The position numbers and the translations under genes are program-made. A stretch of DNA of 56,788 nt, the filler included, from Platydemus manokwari (lineage: Eukaryota), in assembly GCA_037951405.1 (NCBI GenBank). It is 5 parts of 5 records of this genome, joined end to end, with 100 filler letters (N's around TTAATTAATTAA, not from the genome) between each part and the next. Parts side by side here need not be neighbours in the genome. Positions count along the whole stretch, not along the records: positions 34,438 to 45,763 come from JBBMOY010762203.1; positions 45,864 to 56,788 come from JBBMOY011054411.1; 3 more parts are not named here. One strand, written 5' to 3'. Each line of letters opens with the position of its first letter. Position 1 is the first letter of the stretch. Positions 37,401 through 49,745 of this stretch are shown here, in pieces. The notes below the pieces were generated by a model that did no database searches, was not told the origin of the DNA, and saw nothing but the letters and a program-made list of their open reading frames with translations.

Positions 37401-40400
37401 TGTCGATATGTCTACAAATGTACAAAAAGATATTTTCAAATTTTCCTCTGCTTTATTTAAATCAGCAACAATATTAAAAATCGAAATGGCTTCTAAATGG
37501 CTTGCTAATCTTCCAAAATTATTCCAATTTTGATTTATATTGAAAAAAGTATTTTGTGGAATATTTGTTCCAATAAGTTTCTCCGGAATATTTATACTAA
37601 AATTATCAGTGATGTCATGAATTTATTTGCTTAAAATTTATTTAAAAATGTTAAATATAATTATTTTCATTTCATTATATTATATTGTAAATCGGTTTGT
37701 TGAAATATATTTATCCATCTATAGATTTGTCACTGATTTATATCCTAATTTTGTTATTAAGTAAATCGAAATATATGTTGAAATATCAATACAATAATTC
37801 TGGATTAATGTCTTTGTTCAATTCAGTGTTGCTCCGCACTAACACAAAAATGACTCAAAAATGAATATCACTTTATTCGTCTTCAACGATGCAATTAAAT
37901 ATGTTTGTAAACCCGATGTATACCTGTGTGTGTCGTGTGTAATAAACTGTATGTGGCCTTGGATTTGCTAAATTGTGATCTTTTTTTCACACTGATTGTG
38001 ATTGGTTAGATATCACACTTGTATGACTGTTGAGGTATGGGTATATATTCAAAATTTTGAAACGGGTGTTCTAGTGGGAATCTTTCTTTCCGGACTAGAC
38101 TAATGTTTTTATCACAATGATCACATTTTAATGTAGTATATATATATTCTTCAAATATACATTTTTAATTTGAAAAACCTCATCATTTTATATCTATTTA
38201 AATTATAATACATTAATAATCTGCAATTACCTTGTAAAAATTAAGGATGTGCTGAATCCAATTGATTATTTTCACATTAATTTTAACATTTTTGTTAAAT
38301 CAGATAAAAATGAATTATTTTTAATTTATGAATATTGAATATTATCGAGTTCTGCTGTTATTACAAGTTTTGTAGAGATTCTAAAGTCAGATTTGGAAAT
38401 TGTACAATTACGGGTGTCAATTTTTCAACAAATGAAATTCTTTCATTATTATCCAATCATTTTTATAACAAGGTGATTTTTAATCATTTTATCTTTTCCA
38501 CCATTATGAGCATTTGCAATTACTAAATAAAATGTTTGTCTTTCTAAATTCGCGTGATTCTATATTCAGTATTTAATAATTTCTAATTTTGTTTCATTTG
38601 TTAATTTCGATAATTATAATTTACAATTTAATTTTTAATTTAGTATCTTTCTTTAGTTATTTTTTATCTTAAAACTTTATTATTATTACTATTATTTATT
38701 TATTTTCATTATCTTTTATTTTATTGATATTTATTTCTTGCTAGGTGTGCTGACTATAATGGTCAGATCCCGACCATTTTAGTAAATACGAATTGAAAAC
38801 CAATCAAGAACCTCAACTGAAACATATGGTTCATCACGAAATTTAAACAGATCGTATAAAAGTATTTTTTGGGGATTTTTTTTTAATTTAAATATATTTT
38901 TTTATATGTATTAATTATTTAAAAAATATTTAACAAAATTTTAAAATCTTAACAGTTCAAATTATGAGTTCATTGTTTACCGAGAAGCGAATTTTTTGCA
39001 AAAACGGAAACGAAGAAAATTAGCAAATAATTTCGTTAAAAAATTATAACTGGAAATATTTTACAATTTTTCTTCAACGAGCATGTGCATTTCAAGAAAA
39101 ACATTGAATGAAAAAATCCATTCCCAATTATCAATAATTTCACTTTAAGAAAAAATCTCAATCTTAATTTAGATTAGACTCACTTCATTGGCTATTAAAA
39201 TTGGATCTCTAAATTGTACATTTTCGTTTAATTTTTTATTAATGCTTTTCTTTATCGATAAGTTTTTTCAAACATTTATTTTTACAAAAACAATGACCTT
39301 ATATCCTACTTTATAAAATAATTATTATTTTATCTTGTGAATTACTTCTAAAGATGAGACAATTTTTCAAACCCCAACATCACGAGTTACATATTGTTTC
39401 TAATACCGAATGAAATATCCAATTATCTTTTTATATAAATAATATTAAAGACAGAACATAAAATTACGACCCTATAACATCTCCAGAAAGATTCTGAAAG
39501 ACTATCGAGAGTGTATAAATGGGAATTGAATATTTATTGGCTCAATTTCAATATTTTAAACATGTGGGTTTGCACATCATTAATAATTATCATCGATATT
39601 TGTTAACATCGCATTTATTTGATTTTAAATTTAATATTTCTCTATCACATTTTTTATCACTATCACGGTTATCGATAGTCAGGCAATATCAGTTTATATA
39701 TTCAGAATCTGATTGGTTGCTAATGATCAAAGATCAAGTCATTATTAATGTTTGATATTTTATTATGAAGAAATGTCAAAGAGCTGTGGAAAAGTTTTGT
39801 AGAAAGAAGAAAGCTGTTGCAGACGGCAGATAAGAGTTCTGGTTTTGTAAAACTTTTTCAAATGCCAAATCGATGTACTACAAAATAAAAGATCAAAAAA
39901 CGACAACATGTCAACGACAAAAATGAATGCTATAAGCTGTGTTTACGCTAACTGATCATTGAAGTGTTTGAAAAGTAGATATCAAATAAGAAGTTTGAAT
40001 GCTCACTTCGAGATAAATGCTTGATATAGAGTGAATAACGTACTAGTTATGTAAATGCTATTTAATCAAGAATTACTAAGATGATCTTCCAGTGACATGG
40101 TAAATCGAAAGTTTCATTGAACAATTCAAAATTAGTTCATTACATAGGATAAAGAAGACCATTCATTCAAACAATGATATTTAATCAGTAATTACGAAGC
40201 TGATAGCTTAAGTAGTGGTTTACATACTTGACAAGAAACATGTGCAAAATGAGTGAAATACTAGATTTGGATTAATTATCACAGATAGTAGAGAATAAAG
40301 TTGTATCAATCAACTGTGTTTATCTCGTCAGTTTGGTGGAATCCATTGGATGTTTAAATGCAGGTAGTTTGGAAGATGAAGATAGTGGCTTGGAGAAGAT

Positions 40401-43400
40401 GAAGAGTCATTAGTCGACATATCAGAAGGAATGTGCTAGGCAATGAAGCCTGGTGGAATGTAATGTATCACTGGTGAAGATATTTTGGGATTCACGTGCA
40501 TCGTTAACAATAGTGGGTAAAGAAGCTGGAAAATTATTGAAATCTTCATATTTAGATGTATGAAGTAAAATGAGCTCGAGTTTTTTCGGATAAACTTTAA
40601 TTATGATGAAGAAGAGATTTTTTTAGCGGAAATCAAAACGATCGATGATATTATTATATCATCATGAAACACGGTGATTAAAATGGAATCGAAATATCCA
40701 TGAAGAGTATTGGTGTTGGTAATAGCATTTCATTAAGAAATTGAATCTCAAAAAATGGATCAATTGTTATGGTTTCTCGATTCTACTTAAGAATAATAAA
40801 CTTGTAGGAGGTCTAAGAATTCGCTAATAGTAGTAGTTACAAAAGGAGATAGATCGATAAAAATTTGCATTATAATTTAGGAAATTTAATGAGAATATTT
40901 ACTTTTTCAGTACTGGATATTCATGTTTTACTGAATTCATTGATATTTTTACAAATATTGATTTATGTCACGTATTCTATCAATTCAAGTCGTTTTTTAA
41001 TAAGATGATTTTCGGAATTTTGACAGCTCAAGCAACTTTAAGAGATGGTTTTAGAATTAGTTTTTCCAGTAAAGGTCCACAATACACTATGTTTTAAATG
41101 ATAATTAAATTGTTATTGAAATAAACCAATATTTTCTTATAAAGCATATTGTTAGCGATAGCTGTCACGAAATTATTTGAATCCAGCAGAATATATTTCC
41201 AATAAACAAATTATTTAAACAGCTCATATATATTCGAGAAATTACAATAAAATAATAAATTATTATTTGATTTAAATTCGGCTAAAAGTTGATATTTAGC
41301 ACCTGATTTTTGCAAATAATATTTCTTTTCAAAATCGATATCCAATATTTAATTTATAAAATTAATAATCATTATTAATAATTTTAATTCGGTAATCAAT
41401 TTTTTCAAAATACAATTTTTTTAAAATATGAAAATCATTAGATATCTATAATGTCGCATCAGATAATTACAGTGCTATCAAAGATATCCTTGTTATAAAG
41501 CTGTGAATGAATAAGTCAAAGCATTGAGAATCAACACATAGAAACATTTAACAGAAAACATCATGTATATACTGGTATTTATCATATATTACGAGTTCTA
41601 ATCAATTGAACCATCAACTAATATTCCGGCTATTTTAAAATCGGATTACTAAATTTCAGTTCATTTTAAAATCCAATCTTCCTTTGAAACAAAATCAAAG
41701 TAGGCAGAAATTTATATTTGAAATTAATTTAATTGTGCTCAGACATTTATTCCTGCATTTTTGTGGTGGTTTAAATACCTAATGTACTTGTGTTGGGCAT
41801 CATGCACTGCCTGATAAATAAAGACAATAATAATAAGACGGAATGTTGGATTAAAATTCAACTCAAAGATTACATAATCTCTGACATTGTCGGCATTCCA
41901 AACATCAAGAATAACAATGGAGAGTAAAAAGAGTTGCCGATTTCTTCTGCCAATCTCAACAGACAAGATTTTTTACTGGTGTTTGCTATTTTTTCCTATT
42001 TAATCTGGATTTTTAAGCATATTGTACAAGATCTTGTTTTCATTCGAAATAGTGGTATTGCATTTCATCTGATTCCTAAAATTTAAACCAGGCCGAAAAA
42101 TGATTGAATCTAATAAAATATTGTGTCCCCTTTGTGTAATGTGCGATAAGAATGGGCAGTGAATGATATGAGATGGGATTCTACATGATTTGTAAATTCT
42201 TGCAACGATAAATTTATAATAAATTTATAACCCAATAATTATTTTATTATAAATGTACTAAACAGGTAAAATACAATATTAACAATCAATAATAGTCTTG
42301 ACCTAGATTTTAACAGAAATTTTATTCAATAATAAATGACAAACAAATAACATAATATTTATATTTTTCTTGATTTTGATATATTTTTATCTTTTCAACC
42401 TTTATTCATTAACATTTTTCAATAACGATTTATTAAGATTTATAAATGAGTTATTTCCAGCTTAAAATTGACTCGGTTATAAGTTTTACCATTCAGCCAC
42501 TACACAAATTTCTAATTTAATATTCTGAAAGATTTTAGAAATGGTAATCAAATAAATCTAAACAACCAATCGAATGTATTAATCATTATCATTTGAAAAT
42601 TTAAAAAGGGGTGATTTATCCCCACCATCTATGTTAATTTTAATTCAATTACGACAAATTTCATGGTAATGCTTGTGTGCATTAAAAATATTATCGACTC
42701 AATATGAAAATATAATTTTAAAGCTTATTTCTAATAATCTAATCAGAGTTATGAATTTTTAGTTAATAAAATAGCAAATCGTTAAAACTATTGAAACCTT
42801 TCACCCGTAGCTTTTTATGTAATCTATAAGCTAATTATCAAATGAGATGTAACGAATAAAATAACGGTTTCCAAATATAATATAATATTATAGGAATTGG
42901 GAAACATTTAATATGTTTTCAATACTTCTACATTTTTCCAAAGGAAAATTAATCCAGATCGTTAAAAACATTTAGTTTTTTAAATAAAAATAATTTTTCT
43001 TTGAATAAGAATTTATATTTTCTAATTATTAATGATCTAATCTTCAGAGAATAATGAAAATTTTGTTAATTTAATAATATATTTTCGTTATCGTAATAGA
43101 AAGTAAAAATAGAAAACAATCATTCTAAATATCATAAAATTTCAAGCTATTAACCGTTAAATGTTTATAAAAAATAATTTGTAAAAACCAATGACATGTG
43201 GGTGAAAGTTTTTTGTTTTGCAGAATTGGAATATCAGTAAATATTTCGACCTATAATCGGTTTTTGTAATCTTTTTTTTTTTAATATTTACCGTTTTAAT
43301 TTGTCAACAATTTTTTGTGACGATTTCAACCCGAAATTTACAACATCCATGGAAATTGCATTGTTTATCGATGGGAATCGCAACATTTTAATTGATCATG

Positions 43401-44149
43401 GCAAAGGCAACTAATTAACACTTCTGCCATGTTAAAGTAATTTTATAAAAGTCTAAGAGAAATATGATATTTACTTGAGTGCATTTTCGTGAAAACATGA
43501 ATTTATGTTTTGGTTTTCGAGAATTGGATAAAAATTAATTGCTGCTTATCCAAAAAGAAAACAAAACTAATTTTTATTCATCATGAACATAAAGTCTTTT
43601 GTGAAACAGTGGCACTAGACACCGATGCTGATGACATTTAGGTGAGTCCCAAATCTCGTTTTCTTGAAGACCTATTGGCCGCCATGAGAATATAATTCGA
43701 GAGGTTAATTGTTTGCCTGGTTTCAGGAGAAAGTTGGTGTTGAATTCGGTTCATTGAGGTCTACTGTCTCCCACACACCCTAGATAATCACGAATTCGTT
43801 TAATGTAAACACGATAAAAGTAATGCATGATTAAATCTAACATTTGGTAACCCATGTGACTCAATAATTGAATAACGATTGATAAAATTACAATTTGTCA
43901 GTAAGCAAATACCGACATCATTTTCAATTCATAATGATTTTTTTATAAGAAATGAAAATGAGATGGATCATTTAAACAATAAAATTAGAATTTACATCTC
44001 GACTGAGTTGAATTTAAATTTATTTTCTTGAATTGACTTTCAAGATACTTATTGATTATTTCACGTATGAGATTTGGATTGAAATTTTTATGAAATTTTT
44101 ACTTAAATTTCAATTTTAGATGAAAAAATTGAAAACAGCTAAATTCTAT

Positions 44150-45267
44150 CAGAAAAAACAACAATTACAATTTCAAGTCGATTCAATATTTTTGAGTAAA
44201 AATGTCTCTATTATCTGGGTACACAAAGGACTTCGAATGATTCACAGTGCCGTGTTGATAACCGATATTTCGAAGGTACTTATACCGACCTCCAACAATT
44301 CGTATATATGATGTATCCTGGTTTAACTCGTCTACAATTAAATAATCAATAAAATTTTGACTTTCTATTTACCTTGAGATTATTACTTAAAGAGTTATTG
44401 ACCTTCGGTTGCAAGGTGAAAATAAAAAACAATTCCTTTTATTTTTTTTCTAGTCCTCCAATAATTCGAAATTCAATGGCTTCTATTATATTTTATCATT
44501 CCAAAACATGCCTAATCAATTTTAATAACAATATTCCGACCATTGATTATTTTCTGATTCTTCGCTTTTTCTTCAAAGACGGAGAATTGCCAAATTTTGT
44601 ACCTTAATGTTTAATTTTAATCTGACAAATAGGATTACCATTTTGTAATCGTCGGTTGACTGACACAGGTAATTTGATAAAAAAAACTTTTGTGTTCTCT
44701 CAGTGAATCAAGAGACATAAGTTCAGAAAGTCTTAAAGGGACAAAGTAGAATTGTTGAATTATGTCCCTATTCGTTTTCCAAAACTTATTTTACATTCGT
44801 GACATCTCTACCTGTACGATCTATTAGATTTACAGGAAATTTTATTTGTATTAACTCATTGACAGGTTTTGGATCCTTTTCTGTTAAATGAACTCTAATA
44901 TATCCATTTTAAAACAAAACACCTAGCATGCTTGATTTATTTTCAGATCACTTTTCTTGAAAAATAAGTCTAAAATTTTTTAATAAAGATTCATTTTCTT
45001 CAAATGTCACTAAAGCGGTACTAGCTTATTTTTAATAAATTACAATTTGACCTTCTTTGACAGGTTTTCAAATAATCAATTTTTAAGATATTTTAGTCTT
45101 CTTTTTAACTTATTTTTGGATTTCAAAAGACTATAATTATTCCATGGTATTTAAATAATAATTTCAAAATGATTTAAATCAATTCTATTAAATCGACTGT
45201 TTAATTTTTTTCTATACACTTAACAAATTAAACTTTTATTTTATTACCCCATTTTTTAACTTAAGCT
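44150..45267 (-). mobile_element. Merlin (IS1016/IS1595-like DDE) DNA transposon, decayed, transposase with three short introns
   Basis: Spliced translation gives R*RCHECKISFGKRIGT*FNNSTL, TITKWY, GRNIVIKID*ACFGMIKYNR, IIGGLE, RRVKPGYIIYTNCW and GYQHGTVNHSKSFVYP..FTQ.IE, the Merlin consensus order. GT-AG introns at 44881-44922, 44603-44638 and 44332-44372. Terminus AGCTTAAGTTAAAAAATGGGG at 45267. Left end not found. Confidence 0.85.
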
Positions 45268-45763
45268 CAAAATTGTGTAGTTTATAATTTCATTTTATTT
45301 GTTTCTGATAAACAGTATCGAGTTTATTTGCCATGTTTTTATTTTGGGTTATTTCGGATCATTTTGTGAATTTATAATTTTTGCAAGCGCAGCTAAGCTT
45401 CTTCATTTAGAAATTTACTATTATTAACACCAAAGTTTTACGTTAATTATATGATACGTTTTGGGGTCACTCTTTTTAATGTTTTATTATTCTTTCTATT
45501 TGATTGATCGATTCTACGTCTTATCAGTACTCTGAGTCCGTTCTTGACGCTCAGGTAGTATTTAAACCTTGTGAAATTTATTATTTATTCGCCTCAACGA
45601 TCACAACTTATAAAGCGATAAGTGGATCGGCGTAGAAATCGATATTTAAATTTGATTTTAATCTCTGCCTCTAATTTTACTTTCCTCACTTCTTTTATCA
45701 GTCTCTTTTATTATTTTACTACACAAAATTATTCCCAATCGGTCATTAATGATATTGAAATAT

Positions 45764-45863
45764 NNNNNNNNNNNNNNNNNNNNNNNNNNNNNNNNNNNNN
45801 NNNNNNNTTAATTAATTAANNNNNNNNNNNNNNNNNNNNNNNNNNNNNNNNNNNNNNNNNNNN
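45764..45863. other. Assembly gap with TTAATTAATTAA linker
   Basis: N-run with artificial linker. Confidence 0.98.
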
Positions 45864-47324
45864 AAATTTTGTTTTGTTTGTGTTTTGTTTTTTTTTGTTT
45901 AGCGAAAAAACCGGAAAGGAATTACCGACACACCTGGTACTATTATCACCTCATGGATATTGAAATTGTTTAGGTTCACTTTATTGGTGATAGTATAACA
46001 ATAAACAATTTATTTATTTATTAATGCAGTAATCATAATCGTTGTTTAAAGTTTTATGTAACTACAAGAGAATTGCTAATCTAATTTTATTTCACCGTCA
46101 TCAAATATGTTTGTTAGTTTCTGTAGTGATGGAAATGTGTTTTATTAAAAAAATTAAGTAGTGTTCTGTTAATTTTATGTTTAATTTTAAGAATAATTAT
46201 AGTCATTTAAATTTTTTTTGAAATAGACGAAATTCAACCGATCGATAAGTCCGGCATATGAGCATTCAAATCTCAACTTATAAAACGAATGTAGCTTAAA
46301 CGAAATGTTAAAATTGAAATCTGCAAATTATAATTTAAACTACAATAATCACAAGTTTAAATCGACAATAGGTACAATTAAAATCGTATTTCAACACACT
46401 AGTAAATTATCACTCAAGACCGGATCAACACTGGAAAGCCGGTTACGGAATAGAAAACAATCAAAAAGACTGGCTATCGAAAAATCATACAAGTCACAGA
46501 ACAAAATGAATGTTACCGACCGAAAAGACTGGCATTTATTGTAAAAATGGGCCATTTTAAAATATTCTTAAAAACATTATTAAATTGATTCATTTAAACA
46601 AATCAAGAATACTCTATTAATTTTTATTTCTGATTTAAATAAATTATTAATGAATTTCGTTTACAATATTTCTAAGCATATCTATTTAGAATTTTTTAAT
46701 TATGTTTTTAAGGTTTATTTTTTAAATACTCTAATTGTACTAATTTTAAATCAAATGCCATTGTGTCATTCAGCATGAGTACTTCTCTAATTTATTATAT
46801 AATTTAATCTTCAGTATTATTAATATAAGCATAGCCTGCCAAAGATTGGATGAACTTTCGTAAATATTCTAACAGTATTTACCTTGATATTCATTGTTAA
46901 TTTAAATGATAATATTTCTATTTATTATAAAATTCAAGAATATTTTATAAATATTTATTTAATCTGTACACAAATTAACATCAAGTTTTCAAAATTTAAA
47001 AATTTTTAACCATTAAATTATTTATAATTATTTATTGATTTTTGTATAATTTTAATTATATAACATTTTATTATTTACAATACATTCATGGATATCCAAA
47101 CTCACATTTTCAAACTAACGAAAATCATTTTCTTATTGTAAAAATTAAATATTTTAAAAATAATTATTTTAAATAATTACAATTTTAAAACAAAATAATT
47201 AATTATTTGAAAACAATCTTTGTTTTAAAGATTAATTAATTTTTATTTAAGATTGAAATTTGTTTAAAATAAAACGATTATTTTGGATTTTTCAAAAAAA
47301 AAATTGAACGAGTACACTTTCATA

Positions 47325-49745
47325 ATGTTTGAATTTGAAAAGAAAACAAAAGACGAAATTAAAAATTCCAAGAATAAATATAAGTCGCAAGTAGCAGGAA
47401 ATTTCTTTAACAATCCTGTAAGTATTGTAATGAGATTTTACTTTTATTATGGATGTTTTATATTGCAGATAAAATCAAAATACCCATTAGAAAGGAATGT
47501 CTTAAAAGTAATTAGAATAATAATTCGAGTTCAATTTAGATTATTTTTCAACTCAGGAAATCCAAGGTTCAACGAATAGACCGATTTCAAATACGAAACC
47601 ATTGAAAGTAATTTCTAAAATTGTTTTAATTAATAAAAATATTATTAAAAAAATTAGTTATTCGATACGATTGAATTAATACACGATGTAAGGTTATTAA
47701 ATAAAAAAAAGTTGTAAATATTTGATTCCAGTCTAAATTAGATTTAATCGAATGTCCGAAAAATGAAAAGTGTTTTCAAACACTAATATTAAAGAAAGAA
47801 AAGACACTTAACATGCACAAATCTGAATCGCAGGGCAAGGAATATAATGGATTAATCAAACATTTTCAATTGTCTTCCGACTAGTAAGTACGGTTCTTTC
47901 AATGACTGATTATATTTCTCAATTAATTTAAAAGAAAATTTTATCTTATAAATTTCAATAATATCACAAATTTTGAAATCTTGTTTAAAAACTAATTGGT
48001 GTTGATATAATATTTGATGTTCTCTCAATAAATCCGCGTGAATTAATATTGCATAATGGGCGTATGTGGTTTTTGGTAAGGGTGTTAAAAATGAATTAAA
48101 TCCTGAAAAATAATAATTTGATGATTTATTTCGTCAATCGAAACAAACTTGTGGTCAGTTTTAAACGACTATAAAACAACAAGTGCTCACGACTATTAAT
48201 CAACAATGTCACTGATTTCCTCTATTAACTATATTATTGCTAACACATTTTTAAAAAAGTGATATCTAAAATAATAGTATTTAACATATTTAGCGACATC
48301 GAAAATCAATGCAAATTAAAAGAATCGAAAATTGTTTTATTACCAGAATTAGCGATTTGTCCCGACACAGAAGTGAGGAGATCAACCTGTAAGTTGTAAT
48401 CTTGTACTGAATTTGAAAGGTATCTAATAATCTCTTGTTTAAGATTGTTCCATTGTAATAATCAATTATGATAATCATAAAATGAATTGGCGTTTCAAAA
48501 TAGAAGAGCTGTTTATAAATGGTAAACCAACGGATTTGCGGGTGTTATCGAAATATTTAATATTGAAGATACCTAATAACTATGTCAACGGGGAATTATT
48601 ATGCGCTCCATCACCGAACTTATGTGCAATACCAATAAGAATACAGCCATTGAATATTTATGCCTTCACAATCATATTCAAATTTCGAATGAAGATTGAA
48701 GGCAGTAAATCATTCTTTCGGGAAGTTATAATCAGTGGTCATGTCTTTCCAATTTCAGTGAGATTTGTTTTATTTTTCTAGTTTTAACCAGTAGATCAGC
48801 GGTTCTCAACCTTTTTTTCTATGGCGACACATTTTTCCATTTTTAAGATTGTGGCAAACCAAAAGAAAATCAATATTACTAAAAATAAGTCATAACTCAC
48901 CATATTTAATAAAATCAATTTGCAACAAGTAATGAGTTACCTATAATAATAATAAGATTATCAGATAATAACATTGCCTATAAAATACTTAACTGTAGTA
49001 GTCAAGGTAATTGTGAAAAGAAGTAGTTTAATCAGCATCCCAAAGTATTTATTTAACAGCATCATAAAACACGATTTTTCACATGTAATGAGTTGTACAC
49101 CTAACATAATTAGGCGATCCCTTTAAAAATGCTTGCTGACTCCATTTGCTGTCGCTACCCCGGGTTTGAGAACCACTGCAATAGATAAGCTTAATTTATT
49201 TATGGAAAGATATTTAATAATTATATTTCTTAATATATTACGATTACTTTTTATCTCATTTGAACCATTTTCTGTTAATAATTTTATCTGAACTATCAAG
49301 AAATATTGAGAAAGTGATTTTATGAGAGTGTCTTATTAATTAATCTATAAAATATTTTTCGTAGTTATATTTTAACAATTATAGACACGGAATCTAATAT
49401 CAAACAAAATACCGGGCATCTCAGTGATAAACTCAATAATTGTATTTCAAAACGATCAGGGGAAAATGAAAAAATACATCGAAATTGAAAATACGAATAA
49501 TTTTCCAATGCAAATATATTTCACATCACCGCAGTGTCCATTTCAATTTGATTACCAATTTTATTCTTTGAGGTATAGATTTTTTTACGTGATAATCAAT
49601 ATATAATCGATTTAGGCCAAAAATCAAGACTCCCTTTGTTATTTCGATAGTTAACCCTGGTGATAAAAATATGAATGATTTTATTGTTGTTTCAGACGAA
49701 TACGGGAATTATCTAATTGTGAAAATTAGATTTATATTAAATTAA
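47325..49745 (+). CDS. CEP192: Miniature CEP192/SPD-2-like protein (two C-terminal ASH/PapD-like domains), 8 exons, ~353 aa
   Basis: Exons 47325-47417, 47469-47507, 47557-47607, 47732-47883, 48294-48388, 48444-48757, 49385-49572 and 49616-49745 join through GT-AG introns with consistent phases into a stop-free 1062-nt frame. CPDTE..IINY..MNW..INGK..R...Y..NGEL..IQP..IISG and IEIEN..IYFTSPQCPF....YSLR resemble the last two domains of vertebrate CEP192 as I recall them (FPETE..LENH..KW..VKG; NLRN..FLSPREPF....YSLR). Confidence 0.7.
48797..49178. mobile_element. Non-autonomous hAT (Buster/Charlie-type) MITE, 382 bp, in intron 6 of the CEP192-like gene
   Basis: TIRs CAGCGGTTCTCAA / TTGAGAACCACTG and an 8-bp TSD CAGTAGAT / CAATAGAT with central TA. 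Confidence 0.9.

Noticed and set aside
36600-38790. Similar AATGGTC..GATCC.GAC motifs at ~36622 and ~38758
   Set aside because: Short and in the same orientation; could not define element ends or a TSD.
39750-41100. Strand-biased, coding-like stretch
   Set aside because: Probably old TE debris; stops in all frames and no recognisable motif.
14650-45863. Repeated palindrome TTAATTAATTAA inside N-runs at four sites
   Set aside because: Artificial contig-join linker with stops in all six frames; not biological. Adjacency across these gaps is unverified.
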